Source: Anthoceros angustus
Lineage: Eukaryota > Plantae > Anthocerotophyta
Direction: 5' to 3'
Length of the DNA stretch: 64,000 nt
NCBI GenBank assembly: GCA_010909165.1
Contig: MU008164.1
Location: 310,001-374,000 of the forward strand
The notes beneath the pieces are model-generated. The model had not been told where the DNA came from. It worked only from the letters and a program-made list of their open reading frames with translations, and ran no database searches. Positions 1-12,199 of this stretch are shown here, one piece after another. Every line of letters begins with the position of its first letter. The first letter of the stretch is position 1. Position numbers and translations under genes: made by a program.

Positions 1-171
1 TCTCAATATCTCCCACACCCTCCTTCTTTTCGATTGTGGTATAATCAACTTTTAGACCCTTCAGAGTTCATTTGAAAGCATTCACCTCCATGTAAGTCTT
101 TTCATATTGGTTTGCAAGTTCATTAACTGTTCAAATGTTTTTTGTGTTTTGATCACCGGTGCTTTTCTTTA

Positions 172-3100
172 GATGGCACCCAAAAGGAAACCGGGCTTGG
201 ACCGGAAAGAAGCAAGGGTCCTCCAAGTCATGGCTAAGCCGCATTACTAGGCATGTGTCAAGTCGGGTCCTCTCTGCAACTCATCCACCGCAGGATGATG
301 GTAAAGTTGATGGTGTCTTGGTGCAGTGAAGGAACATATTTAGTTCCAAAAAGGCATTCCTAAACCGCCAAGGCACTTCTCATCCAAGAAGGATGCTCGA
401 CGCCGGTGAGTTTGTGTAAGAGAAGAAGGGTTGACACTCGACTGTGGCATTGGTTGAAGGTCCTCTTGGAGATTACTAACTATGTCCCATTAATCCGAGA
501 GAGGGGTCCAGGTTGTGGGGAGAATGATTTCTTGATAACGACGATCCCATGGTTGTGAGCCAAAGCCTGTCTAGAGTCTAGAGATTTGTGTCTGTGGTTG
601 AGCAGATGCTTTTCTGAGGTGTTCCATACTGTTGTGGTTCGACCGGAGTCATCCCCGATCAAGAAGTGCTCGATATGTTTGAGAGGCTAAAGTGTCGGTC
701 AGATGACTTTGCCATGGGTATGGAGGAAATTGATGATGAAGAAATTTTGAGGAGGATTTGACCCGTGTCCCGGAGGGAGCTGTGAATGATGCTTTGAGTG
801 GTGGGGAGGATAGGTCAAAGCGGGAATAAGCGGTGTCAAGTCGCCGGGCCTTTATGAAAGTGAGTGGGGTCGGGGATGGGATATCGTTGAGGATATTCCT
901 TACAAGGATCTAAATCTTATTCGATACCCTTTTTCCATCAAGTTCGAATCAAGGACAACAGGAGATTTTCTCCAAACGTAAGTAGTGATGTTTTCTTACT
1001 TGTTGATTTTGATAGTTCGACTTTCCTTCACATGGTGATTCGATCTTCACTTGTGCGGTGATGTCTTTCTTTCGTGGGTTTAACCGATTTTAACAAGGAA
1101 GTGCATCCCAACCAAAGCCGGCTTGGTTCGATGTTCGTGATCAACATGTTTCATGGAATTTTCCATGGGTGCGTGGTTGCGTCCATGAAAATCAAAGGAC
1201 CTTGGGATTGTGTCATGTCGAAAAGAGGTGAAGTTGATTTTGATGATGAGTGATTCTTTCACAGAGATCATCAATGCTCATTTGGGCGGGGGGCTCAGAA
1301 AAGGTAATATTGTTGGTTTTGGGGGTGCACTTTGATTGTTCATTTTTGGTCTCTTAAACTTGGAGCCCTTATGCTTATATGTTTTGCAGGTGTGCATATT
1401 TTTGCATGACCAGGTTTGGAGTTCGAGGTGGTGAAGAGTTACATAACCTGCTCATTAGGGACTTCTCATTTGCAGATTCAAAGTGGACCTTTTGTTCAAG
1501 AGGGTGTAGTCTTTTGTTCATTGTTGTTTGATGTTTTGATGTACTGTATTGAGCTCGTCTTCATTTGCAGGTATGAAGAACGGCATTCAAAAAATTACAA
1601 AGTGGATATGAAGAACTACCAGAGTGAGCATTTCCGTCAAAAGGTCAAGATCTACGAAAAGGACGTCATCGAAACCTTTAAAGCTGTTATTGATCACTCT
1701 CCCAAGTGGTCTGCACATGACAAGAATTTGTCAATTCAGGGGTTTCTCTTCAATTCAACCATTGATAACCCAAGATCCAATGTAAGTTTTTGGTTTATTG
1801 GGCTTGAGTTTTGTGGTTTGTATTTACTAACTGCTTGTTTTTGTTCGGCTTGGTATGCAAAACTTCGTGTTTCAAAAGGAATGTTGTCAAGATTTATGAA
1901 GACCATGGGGCAGTGGGCTTGTTGGCTACTACACCAATAAGAGCTGCCGTGTATGATTACACGCTTGACGATGGCTCGGTGCCCTCGATCTTTGGGAGAA
2001 GTGTGTGGCCATAAACGGATGCTGGATTTTCAAGGTAATATGTTGTGAAAGCTTGTGACATTTGAGTCTTTGTATGTTCCTTCCTAACGTTCTCATATGT
2101 TTGAGATATGACCGTTCGTCAAGCAAACAGTACAAGAGTTCTTGTTCTGGTGAGCGATCTTATCGAGCTTTTAAATGAAGAACTCAATCGGATGCGGATG
2201 ATTTAAGGGTGTTCTTCCGTCGTGTTGAATGTAACTCACGAAATAGTATTTTCGAGTCACCAAGATCGCGTCCTTGCAAGTGCAACACGTTAGTAATGTA
2301 AGTGTTTGAGATTTGTATCAAGTATGTAGGGACTTGTGTCAAATTCTGTCGACTTGATTTGTCGTCTTCCTCCTGGCCACTCCTGTTATTCATCATGAAA
2401 GCGGACCTGAACAATGTTGGGGTGAACTAAGTTTTTGTTTATTGGGCTTGAGTTTTGTGGTTTTGTATTTACTAAGCTTGTTTTTTTGTTCGGCTTGGTA
2501 TGCAAAACTTCGTGTTTCAAAAGGAATGTCAAGATTTATGAAGACCATGGCAAGTGGGCTTGTTGGCTACTACACCAATAAGAGCTGCCGTAACGATGAT
2601 TACACGCTTGACGATGGCTCGTGCCTCCGGCTGGAGAAGTGTGACCGCCATAAACGGATGCTGGATTTTCAAGGTAATATGTTGTGAAAGCTTGTGACAT
2701 TTGAGTCTTTGTATGTTCCTTCGTTCTCATATGTTTTGATATGACCGTGTCAAGCAAACAGTACCGCAAGAGTTCTTGTTCTCGTGAACGACGATCTTAT
2801 CGAGCTTTTAAATGAAGAACTCAATCGGATGCGGATGATTTAAGGGTGTTCTTCCGTCAATGTTGAATGTAACTCAAATAGTATTTTCGAGTCACCAAGA
2901 TCGCACTTGCAAGTGCAACACGTTAGTAATGTAAGTGTTTGAGATTTGTATCAAGTATGTAGGGATTGTGTGTATAATTGTGTCCCGACTTGTTTTTTTG
3001 TCGTCTTCCTCGTACCCTCGTTATTCATCATGAAAGCAGACCCCTGAACAATGTTGGGACTGAACTGAGTTTTTCTGCACCATGTGGTCCACTGTGTCTT

Positions 3101-4290
3101 GAAGTTCAGGTTGGTATTGTGAAGTTGCTTTGTTGTAGTCTGGCCATGTTAGTTTTTTTTAATCATACTGGTTTTTGTTTTTACTGGCAGGCACCTTCTG
3201 AAAGCAGTTGCCAAGGCATCCAGATGGATACTAGCAGACCAACGACAGGGTGTTCTACTAAAATTCCATATGTTGACAAGGTTGATTCTTTGGCTGTTTG
3301 TTTGTTGTTTTCATTCATTTTGGAGTTTCCTGATTGTGTTCTTCTTGGCGGTTGTGAATCCTTCGACTAGTGTAGATCTCCCTCATTTCAACATTGATAC
3401 ACGAGGGAAGTGGATGCGATGGCCCCTCTGTTGGAGGGCATTGTGCAGTGAGTGTGATCACCATCCGGTTAACCAGACAAAATGTGGGTGGTAGCACCTC
3501 GATATATTGCGACTGTTGCAAATGGAAATGTAAGTGGCTTTGAGCGGCTTGCCCGAATCTCCGAGCGGAATTGGAGAATGACAAATTGAAACAGAAATGG
3601 AGTTTCAAAAAAAGGATTTGGAGGCACTTATAGAGAGACAGAGGCGAAAAGCAGTTGAATTACGAGTCTCTAAGCAAAGAGAGAAAGCCCTTGAGATTCA
3701 GAGGCGGAGAAATGCGGAGAGGAGACAAGAGCATATTAAGCATCAAGAGAAATTAAGCAGCAGAAAGAGCAGCAAGAGGTTCGGAGATTACAGTGGGAAA
3801 GACAACAGGAGCAGAAGGATGTGCCTCGAGATATTTCAACTGCTATCTGCGAAAATCCGTCAGGATCGGTAAGCTTTATGCTTTTATTCTTTACTAGATT
3901 GAAAATTAATGGTTGTGTTGTTTTAGGTTGTGACCTTGCGGAAGATGGTCAATTTCCCAAGTCCTCGGCTTCATCAATTGGTTGCCAATTATGATAATGC
4001 TGTACAAGTACCAATCAAGCCAAGTGGTCGTGAAAATTACATTTTCAATCAGATAATTGTACAGAATTTCCCAAAATAAGGTGAGTATCAATGTTTTCTT
4101 TAGTGTTTACTAGTAGCGTAATTACGGTTTGGGTGCTAATTTTGGTTTTGTTTGTAGGTTTCTTGTTGAAGCGAGTTCACTCTATCGTATTTACTCTTCA
4201 TTAGTTGAATTATTTCATGCATTCGGATATCAGAAACTCGCAAAGAAAAGGGTTCTTTGTTGGTTTTTGTATATCCCGGATCCGCATGAA
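172..4290 (+). other. Unidentified intron-containing coding remnant, possibly a TE accessory gene
   Basis: ATG at ~172 (MAPKRK...). Several exon-like blocks have AG/GT borders, e.g. ~1571-1781 YEERHSKNYKVDMKNYQSEHF..., ~3597-3868 K/E/R-rich coiled coil followed by GTAAG, and ~4158-4250 FLVEASSLYRIYSSLVELFHAFGYQKLAKKR. T-rich introns lie between them. No family recognised. Confidence 0.35.
1790..3070. repeat. Tandem duplication, ~643-bp period
   Basis: TTGGGCTTGAGTTTTGTGGTT occurs at ~1798 and ~2441, and GAAGAACTCAATCGGATGCGGATGATTTAAGGG at ~2177 and ~2814. Confidence 0.85.
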
Positions 4291-4418
4291 TATTATTTAA
4301 CAGAAAATGTTTTTGTCGATTAGCGATTTTGGTGGGATTTCTAGAATGAGCTTTTACTACACCTTTGGTATTCACTTGGTCGCCATGTTTTCTACTCTAG
4401 TGCTCTATTTTCCACCTT

Positions 4419-4587
4419 GATGGTAGATCATATTCACCCCACTTGGCATGTTTTCTACTATATTGTAATGAATTTCACTATTATTAAATAATGGCCAAAA
4501 GTTCGATTCTCTTTCTTAAAATTCACCTGCACTACCCCGAAAAAAAACCAACTGGGCGCGTCGAGGCCCCAGACGAGGCCGCGACTT
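4419..4587 (+). repeat. Conserved TE-terminus-like sequence, copy 1
   Basis: Aligns by eye with 46623-46782 and ends in the GC-rich GTCGAGGCCCCAGACGAGGCCGCGAC. Confidence 0.7.
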
Positions 4588-4762
4588 TACGATTTGATAC
4601 AATCTGACACAAGAAAGCAGCACAATTCAAAGCAGGAATCAGCGTCGCACAAATCGATGCAAATTTCCACAACAGAAAGGGGGTGGGGCCATACCCGGAG
4701 ACTATGTGAATCACGGCGAAGAGGATATGGCAAAGGATTACAGCGCGTGGTGAAGTCGCGTG

Positions 4763-6410
4763 CTGGGAGACAGCGCCAAAGGTGCTTCGACTGCTGAGAG
4801 CTACTTCGGCCGACCGCCTAATCACTGCGCCCTCAGCCCTGGGTCTTCCTCCGGGCCGCCTTGACGGCATCAAGGGGAATCCGCCCGCCTCTGATTGGTA
4901 AGCTTGGCCGCGAGAGCGGGCCAGGTCGTGGACAACATGCCTGCCGAGCACCTCTCGGAGGAGGGAGTACCGGTGCTCCGGCTCATGTGGAGGAGGCGAT
5001 TCAACAAGTTGATTCCGACCGCCTACTACCTTGAGCTCCTCAAGGCTGAGGTCCCGCGCCACCCTAGGCGGGCGGACTTCCGGAAGGGGTCAAGGAGGAG
5101 CGAGGAGGAAGGACCGGGGCAGTAGCCACGGGACCCTAGGGCCGGTTTGATGACAGCGGTAGGGAGAGCGGGGAGGAGGGCGGAGGGAGGGTCACTACAC
5201 CGGAGGTAAGCACTGCACTCAAGACCAAGGAAGGAGGAGGACCTGGGAGGCCGTGGAAGGCGCAACCGTTCGAGACCAAGGGAGGGCTTAGTGGATGAGC
5301 CCGTGATCAGCCGGTGAGGAGGTAGAACCAGGAGCTCGTGGTCCTGACTTTGTCCCGGACTCAGGAAAAACCGGCTCCAGTCCGGCCCTGAAGGAAGTCC
5401 GGACTTAGTGATCAGGAGGTACGAGACCGGACCACGAGGTCCGGACTCGAGGAAAGGCCACCCCAAGTCCGGTCCTCAAGGAAGTCCGGACTTAGTGATC
5501 CGGACTCCGACGGTGACCGGACCTCGAGGTCCGGACTCAGGAAGGGTTGGGTCCAAGACCGGACCCCAGAGGCAAGTCCGGACCCCGAGGTCCGAACTCC
5601 AGAAAGAAGGCCGGACACAGGGGACCGGACCCCAGAGGAAGACCGGACCTAGAGGTCCGGACTCCGGAGTCGAGACGGGGTCCTGAGGTCCAGACTCAGG
5701 GAGTGGGGAGAGCCACCAATCACCCCCAGATCCGGCCTTTGGAGGCCCGTGCTAGGGCCCGCCAGAGACAAGAGAGGAGGAGGAGGAGGACTTAGTGGTG
5801 ACCGCTTGTCGCCGAGCGACTGGCTGACCCTCGGGAGAGGAAGGGTCCTCGCGGATCATCCGATTAGGTGCGCTGCATCGTGGCTCGGCTTTGGGCCGCG
5901 GTGCCAAGACGGAATCGGGGCCATCACCCCACCACCGACGGCGGAGATAGGAGGAATAGGAGAATAGTAGGCCGATAGGCGAAGCTGGCCCTCACTGAGT
6001 AGAGGTGTAATAAAGGCGCCGACCTTGGCGTAGTATAAGAGGGCCAGGCCCGAGTAAATCATCTTCTCTTGGTGTTGATGCGCGTTTCCTGCACTTGTGC
6101 GCCTTCTGCTAACGTGAGTCCCGAGTCACCGAGCGATAGCCCCGAGAGAGACCGATCAAGGTCCCGTGATGGACCCTAACGTCAGTGGTGTGTGCGGGGA
6201 AGAGCGACTGGGACCCTTGTCGTAGCAGGCGGCCGCGAATCGACGCAGTGGAGCCGGAGGAACTCCGGGAGGCGTCTGAGCGGACGGAGAGACCCGAGCG
6301 ACGGAGGAGGTCGACTGCAGCCACTGCGTTTTCCCAAGGTTGACGAGTGAGGAGTGGTGAGAGGAACGGACTAGAGGAACGAGTCGAGCGTGAACGATTC
6401 GGACAACGGG
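4763..6410. mobile_element. GC-rich LTR-like segment, possibly a Ty3/Tat-type LTR remnant
   Basis: Repeated GGTCCGGAC(T) motifs at 5360-5700, TATA-like GTATAAGAGGG at ~6031, and minus-strand TTTGGCGCTGTC at ~4766-4777 resembling a Tat PBS. No pol domains seen and orientation is ambiguous. Confidence 0.35.
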
Positions 6411-6612
6411 TCCTTAAACGCGTTTAGCCACCGTGCGGTGGACGTTCGAGTAGTTAGCGCAAAATGACGGATGTGTGTTGAGAACGGTCACAAAGTGAGG
6501 TGAGAATCGATTGAAACGCCAAACGGAGCCTATCATTCTCTTGGGAGCGGACTCCTTACTACAACGACATGGGATTGTGTACCGGCCGGTGTCCGAAGCC
6601 ATAGCCCCGAAC

Positions 6613-6897
6613 GAAGAACTTTACATGTCAGGAAGGGTATGATCGACATACCCACACAAAGTACTCAAGCTGTTAAAATGCATATATGGGCTTAAGCAAA
6701 GTGGGAGAGTTTGGTACCTTACTATGCATGAGTATTTGCTTAGCATCAGCTTTGTTCAGAGCACTGCAGATACCAATGTTTACAAGCTCACTGAAGGGTC
6801 CTCTATAGTTCTCTTGGCGTATGTGGATGACGTTATCCTCGCTACAAATGACCAACAGTTGCTGTCCATTGTTAAGGACAAGCTCAGCCGCCGGTTT
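6613..6897 (+). pseudogene. Ty1/copia reverse transcriptase fragment
   Basis: Translates as EELYM...KVLKLLKCIYGLKQSGRVWY...STADTNVY...LLAYVDDVILATND, containing the copia YGLKQ and YVDD motifs. Confidence 0.9.
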
Positions 6898-6910
6898 TAA
6901 TGATATACAA

Positions 6911-9790
6911 TGTTGATATCATAGTTAGGGTTTAGGGGTTTAAGTTATCCATATATTACCAAGATATGATAAGCTAGGGTTTACTAGATATGGTGTCGTT
7001 TCATTAGGGTTACGTCTGATAAGTGAATAGATACAACGTTTCATTAAATCTAGTTTAGTTGTCTTTTCATGCATAAGCAACTTACTTCTTTCTTGATCCA
7101 ACAATGTAATTATTCTATAATGTTTAATTGATCTACATTAGACCATAAAATCTTCATGGTATCATAGCATACCTAGTGTAGGTTGCATTCAAATGAATGC
7201 ACGTTGAAATTGTGCATCAGAAATTATGCACAATGTTTTCTTTGATTGTTTTCTTGTTTTATAAATAAGTTAAAATCAAGAAACATAAGATAGAAAAATA
7301 ATGGGTGCATTCTTGTTTTTATTTCTATTTTTATTTTGATGAATTCATATAGATTCTGCAAGATCAGGCAGATAGTCTAGCGCACCTCCAGATTGAGTTG
7401 CTACTTGAGCAATTCAATGGAGGCACACTAGAGGCTGGTGTAATTATGTAAAAATCATATAAAGAAACAGAAAATGCAGGAATTCGCATTGTATATACAA
7501 TCGTGGCACATAGCCATGGAAAATTACATCTACCAAAATCCCTGTGAATCCTAGGAGGAACAATCAAAATCCAAGGCGGATCGACGAAATGAGAGACAAA
7601 CCGCACATCAATTACATGGGCGCATCCTAGGTGGAGCAACTTGCCCAAATCAAGCACAAGGAGACACATTGCAGGAGCCTTCAACACACTTCTCGAATTG
7701 CGCTCCCAGAGCTTGACTTGACATTCACAATTGACGGCGGCAACATCGCCCACTTCGAGAACATACACCAACGCGCTTCACAAGCAGTACAATGTAGGTG
7801 TAAACACAATTGTTCAGCGTCTTGAGGCTAACAATAGGAATGTTGAAAGCAGATGTCGCCGATTGGTCATGTCGCTTGGCTAGCATTGATCCGCAGGATT
7901 TGAAAGAGCAACACACTTAGATTACAAGCTTGTAATGTTGAAAACGAGTTGTTGGCCAACCCAAAGATTGTGAGGCAAGACATGCAAGCACGTAAGTAAA
8001 ACTAAGCATGAAAGGAAGTTTGATACACCTAACTCTTGCCCTTCATGCTCCACTTACGCATTCAATAAGTTTGAGATGAGAAACTCTAAGATAGTCGCAT
8101 AGAGCGCTTTGGGAACAAACCATAGCCGCAGAGCTGGGAGCAACCACAAAACCAACACGCATTGTAAGTAGAATGTATGGATGGTGAGAATAGTGGCTAC
8201 AGTGCCCATGATAGTGTTCATGCTAGTGACCGTGAAGAAGACACATTAGAAAGCTTCTTCAATCAGAGGACAAACTCTTAGGAGTTCAGAACCCAAAATG
8301 GGTGACACATCCTCTACACATAATTTTGAATGTGAGTCCTTCAAGGAGAAGGACAGTTCATGAAATGACTTTGACATCCGCTTATAAGAATGGAGGCGTT
8401 CTCGAAATGAGAGGCCTCCTCAAACATGCTCTTGGAAAAGTAGTGAAACCAGACGAGGATCTTGGAGAGGAAGAATGGTTAGCTAAGGACAGACCAAATA
8501 CCTCATACGCAGCGGGCGACAACCGAGATGTTGAGGCATGAGGTGAATACTCCGAAATCATGAATCGTAAAGGAACTCTACGCAGGCGAACATGGTAAGC
8601 GCAATGGCGGCTCTAAGGAATTTTGAACCTAAGGATGAAGGACGGTGACTCGGAGAAACACGTGAGTACCTTCAGGACCCTAGCCTCACGGGGTGTGCCT
8701 CAAAGTTGCCATTGGAGATGAAATGGATGGATGAGGCTCCTTTCGCCCAGAGTCATGGTCACATTTCGTGACTTCTCATGCTCAAACACAAGCTACGTTG
8801 TTAGCTAAAAAGCAAGGCATAGAGATGCCCGAAATGAGCTTCTCACATCGTGAGTTCCATGTCGCAAGAAGAAGCAGGACCAACCATAAGTGGAAACAAC
8901 AGCCTGACACCTCACAACAAGGACGAGGAGGGAAGAAGCCCTTCTCCAAAGGAGGTGGTGGAAACTCTTCGTGGAGGTAGCTCGCGGATCCTCACCGGAA
9001 GAACAAAGAAGCTGTGAACTGCAACCGTGCAAGCTCGCCATTGGGAAAAGAGTGCAAAAGCGGGAGTTCCTCGCAAGGAGGAAACCACGAATCAAATGTT
9101 GTGGTAAAAGGTTAATACCCCATCGCTCTTATTGGGACTAGGGAGTTTGCTAGTCCATTGTCGCTTCCACTTGTCTTTCCTCCAAAGTGAATCAAACCAA
9201 CAGAGAATGGTTCTTAGATCGGTGCTACGCACATATTTGCTTTGATAGGAATGAATTTAAAACATCTGAGCTTTCGATCAATATGTTTACCTTGGGGACG
9301 ATAGGTCTCTAGTCTCACCTCGGCAGGCTTGAGTTAATAGTTCCACCGGAAACACACTCAAGTTAGAGATGTCTACCATGTGCCCGAGATGACTAGAAAC
9401 CGATCTTTAGAAGATTGAATGCACAATAATCCATGTCGTTCACAAGAATGCAGCGTAATCATAGATGCATTTGACCCTAGAAAGGTACTTGCGCATGGGT
9501 CTCGGACCATGACTGCTCCGCTCCATTTGCGCTGGAGTAGCAGTCCCACCGACACAAGACGCCTCCCTTGCATCCGCACAACAAACAACAAAGGCTCGCT
9601 TGTGGCATGCACGCCTAGGTCATCCTCACATGGCAAAGCTACAAAATTGTGAGGACTCAGATCAAGATGGACCTATTGGCCCCTTGACTCCTATACCCTT
9701 ATGTGAGGCTTGTGTTTTGTCAAGAAACACCAAGTCGCTTCAAGAACAAAGCACCTCACCGTGCTTGATGTACCCTACTAGAAAAGGCAG
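6911..9790 (+). mobile_element. 3'-truncated Ty1/copia element with 5' LTR, PBS, gag, protease and start of integrase
   Basis: LTR TG...CA at 6911-7156 is followed by a tRNA-Met PBS, TGGTATCATAGC, at 7157-7168. Then come gag-like LEQFNG...WHIAMENY, a degenerate zinc knuckle at ~9015-9060, protease EWFLD(S)GAT.HICFDR at ~9207, and GAG-pre-integrase WHARLGHPH...CEAC at 9600-9720. Confidence 0.85.
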
Positions 9791-12199
9791 CTATGTTACA
9801 CTTTTATATTAAGATTTGGACCCCGGATGTAACACTTATGTTGCAATTTTGGGGTCATGTAACACTTTTGGGCCGCTTGTTACACTTTGGCTTGGAAACC
9901 AAACCGGTGTGTTTGTTGCAACCATGTTGCAAGTGTGTTGCAATTTTGTTGAGATGAAGTGAGAGGCGCTTTTGTCCTCTCTCAAGATTGCAACAGTTGT
10001 AATATATAAAGTGTTACAAGAAAAGTCTTGTAACACTTTTGGAGGCTTGGTACCAACCTCCTCCCCATCTACCTTCCTCCTTTACTACATTTACCATATA
10101 GAATACTTGGTTTCCTTATTACCTCGTATGAATACATATAAATAAATACATGTATACGACCTTCAGAATCGTATTGGTAATATTCCATATACGATAATTT
10201 CCTGACATACGGTTATATTTCATTTTGTATAAAACATGCTTATCGACAATCGATAACGACGTAAATTGTACACGCCGGGATACTATACTTTGTATTCATC
10301 ATTCTGAAAACCTGCACGGATACATACATCCCACATTTCACCCTGCCTATTTTTGTGTATCCGGTGTCGCAACCTACCTTCTCTAGCGGGCGTTACGCGT
10401 CGCTTGTCCCCATGCCCATCGGCTTCTTGCCATGGCTCGCCCACCCTTCTTATCAGATTTACTACTTTGTCCTTCCTCGCCTAGGAGTTTGCTGCGCCCG
10501 CGCGGGTTCTTTTCGCTCCATCATGGCGCTTCTTCATTTCTAATTTCCTACCCTCATCGTATGCATGAGAAGGAAACCTCCTACAACCCCGTTTTGCGAT
10601 TTTCTTCCTCCCTTCCTCTTGCTCGTCATGACCTTTCCCTTTCCATCGCATCCACCTCCCTTCCACCTTCCTCGACGCACCCACGGTACAAACATCGCAG
10701 CATGCCCTTCAAGACATGTGCATATAGGTGTGCACAACGACCTTCAATTGCTTACCTTCCCGCACCCCATCGCTTTCTTATGTACCTCTTGCCCACCATC
10801 GCCTTCCATCCTCGCTTTTCCTGGCGGCCCGTGCCCTGGTCACACGGCCCCGCTCGATGCCTCCAGTGCACCTCCCCGCTTTCCTCTTCGGCCTCCACCT
10901 TTTGTCACGGTGGCGTAGCCTCCAATGGGGCCCACTGTGGAGGTCCATGCTTTCGATCGGAGTGCGCTGTGCACGGTTAGGCACGCCCTCAATGTCGCCC
11001 TTCCTCATACTCTGCGTTGTCAAGGCGTGCGCCATCAACTCCCCTTTGCGCGCCTTTCTCCCTCCCTCGACAATTCCCTCATGGCTGCCACGCCTTTTGG
11101 CCCCACCACGACCATGGCTTCCGCTATGGACCCCGCCTCTCCTCCATTCGCCACCGCCTCCTCTCCCACCCCATTTGTTCACAGACGGACACATGCTGCC
11201 TTCTTGGTGACGACACAATTGCCTCCTGCTGCAATCTCATCCGCCCCGATTCCATCCCTCATGTCTCACGGCCCGTCCCTCCGACCCCATCTCCGTCCAC
11301 AATGTGCTCGCCGTCACTAGGCGGACGGGCACCTCCCAACACACGCCTTTACCACCGGCCCCTCTTGACACACCCTCCTTCCGTGAACCATGGCCGCTCT
11401 GATTCAAGTCCCTCCCTCGCCCACGGCCAAGGCCAGACTTGACGCAGGGCACAATGTCCGCCACACGCCGCCTCTCCCTACACATCTTCTCACACTCTCG
11501 GCATTCACACTATCACCCGTGCATGGACGTTCCATCACCTTGGTGATCGTGGCGTCGTCGCACCACGATCACATTGCCCGTCATAGCCTCCCGACACTGT
11601 TTCCACCATCCGCACCATCCACCTTCGTGGCACCAAGCCCGCCTCCCTCCGTTTCTCTTTGTGTTTTGTCTCCCTCCTCTCTCCAATGCATTCTACTCCC
11701 ACCGTCCTCCTACTTATCCCCCACATCCACACCACCACCTCCTGCAGCGTGCCCCTGCCTTCCATCCTTCGTCTAAATGCCACCGATCTGGATCCATCTC
11801 CAATTCCATGTCGCTCAACAAAATTGTCATCTCCCTTGTCCTCCCGGCATAGCGAACCTCCGGGTGGTTCTTATTCCATGTCTTACCGTATGAACTCGGG
11901 AGAGCCCTGTCGCGAACCGCCCACAGAGGTTGCATGGAGATCGTCCTCTTGCCTCCCAAATTCAGCCTCCTCTTGGTTGGGTACCTCCATGCTTCTTCTC
12001 AAACCAAGCACCCATCCAAAGACGCCCTCCCTTGCCCCAAGGGTTTGGCCCCCTCCGCTCACCTCTTCTTGCAAGTTCATACTTGATGGCTCGAACTTCC
12101 TGCTTCAGCTCCATCCGAGCCTGTGCAAGGGCATCTTCCCACCTCCTCGTCCACCATGCTCGGCTTACCCGCCTCCTCCCTCCTGCCTCCTCTCCTCTA

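Noticed and set aside
4530-4550. CACTACCCCGAAAA as a CACTA left TIR
   Set aside because: It lies inside the 165-bp block shared with 46623-46782, where the equivalent position reads TTTAACCCCGAAAA; no partner TIR was found.
6925-6942. Telomeric repeat TTAGGGTTTAGGGG
   Set aside because: Only about two units, located inside a copia LTR; not a telomere array.
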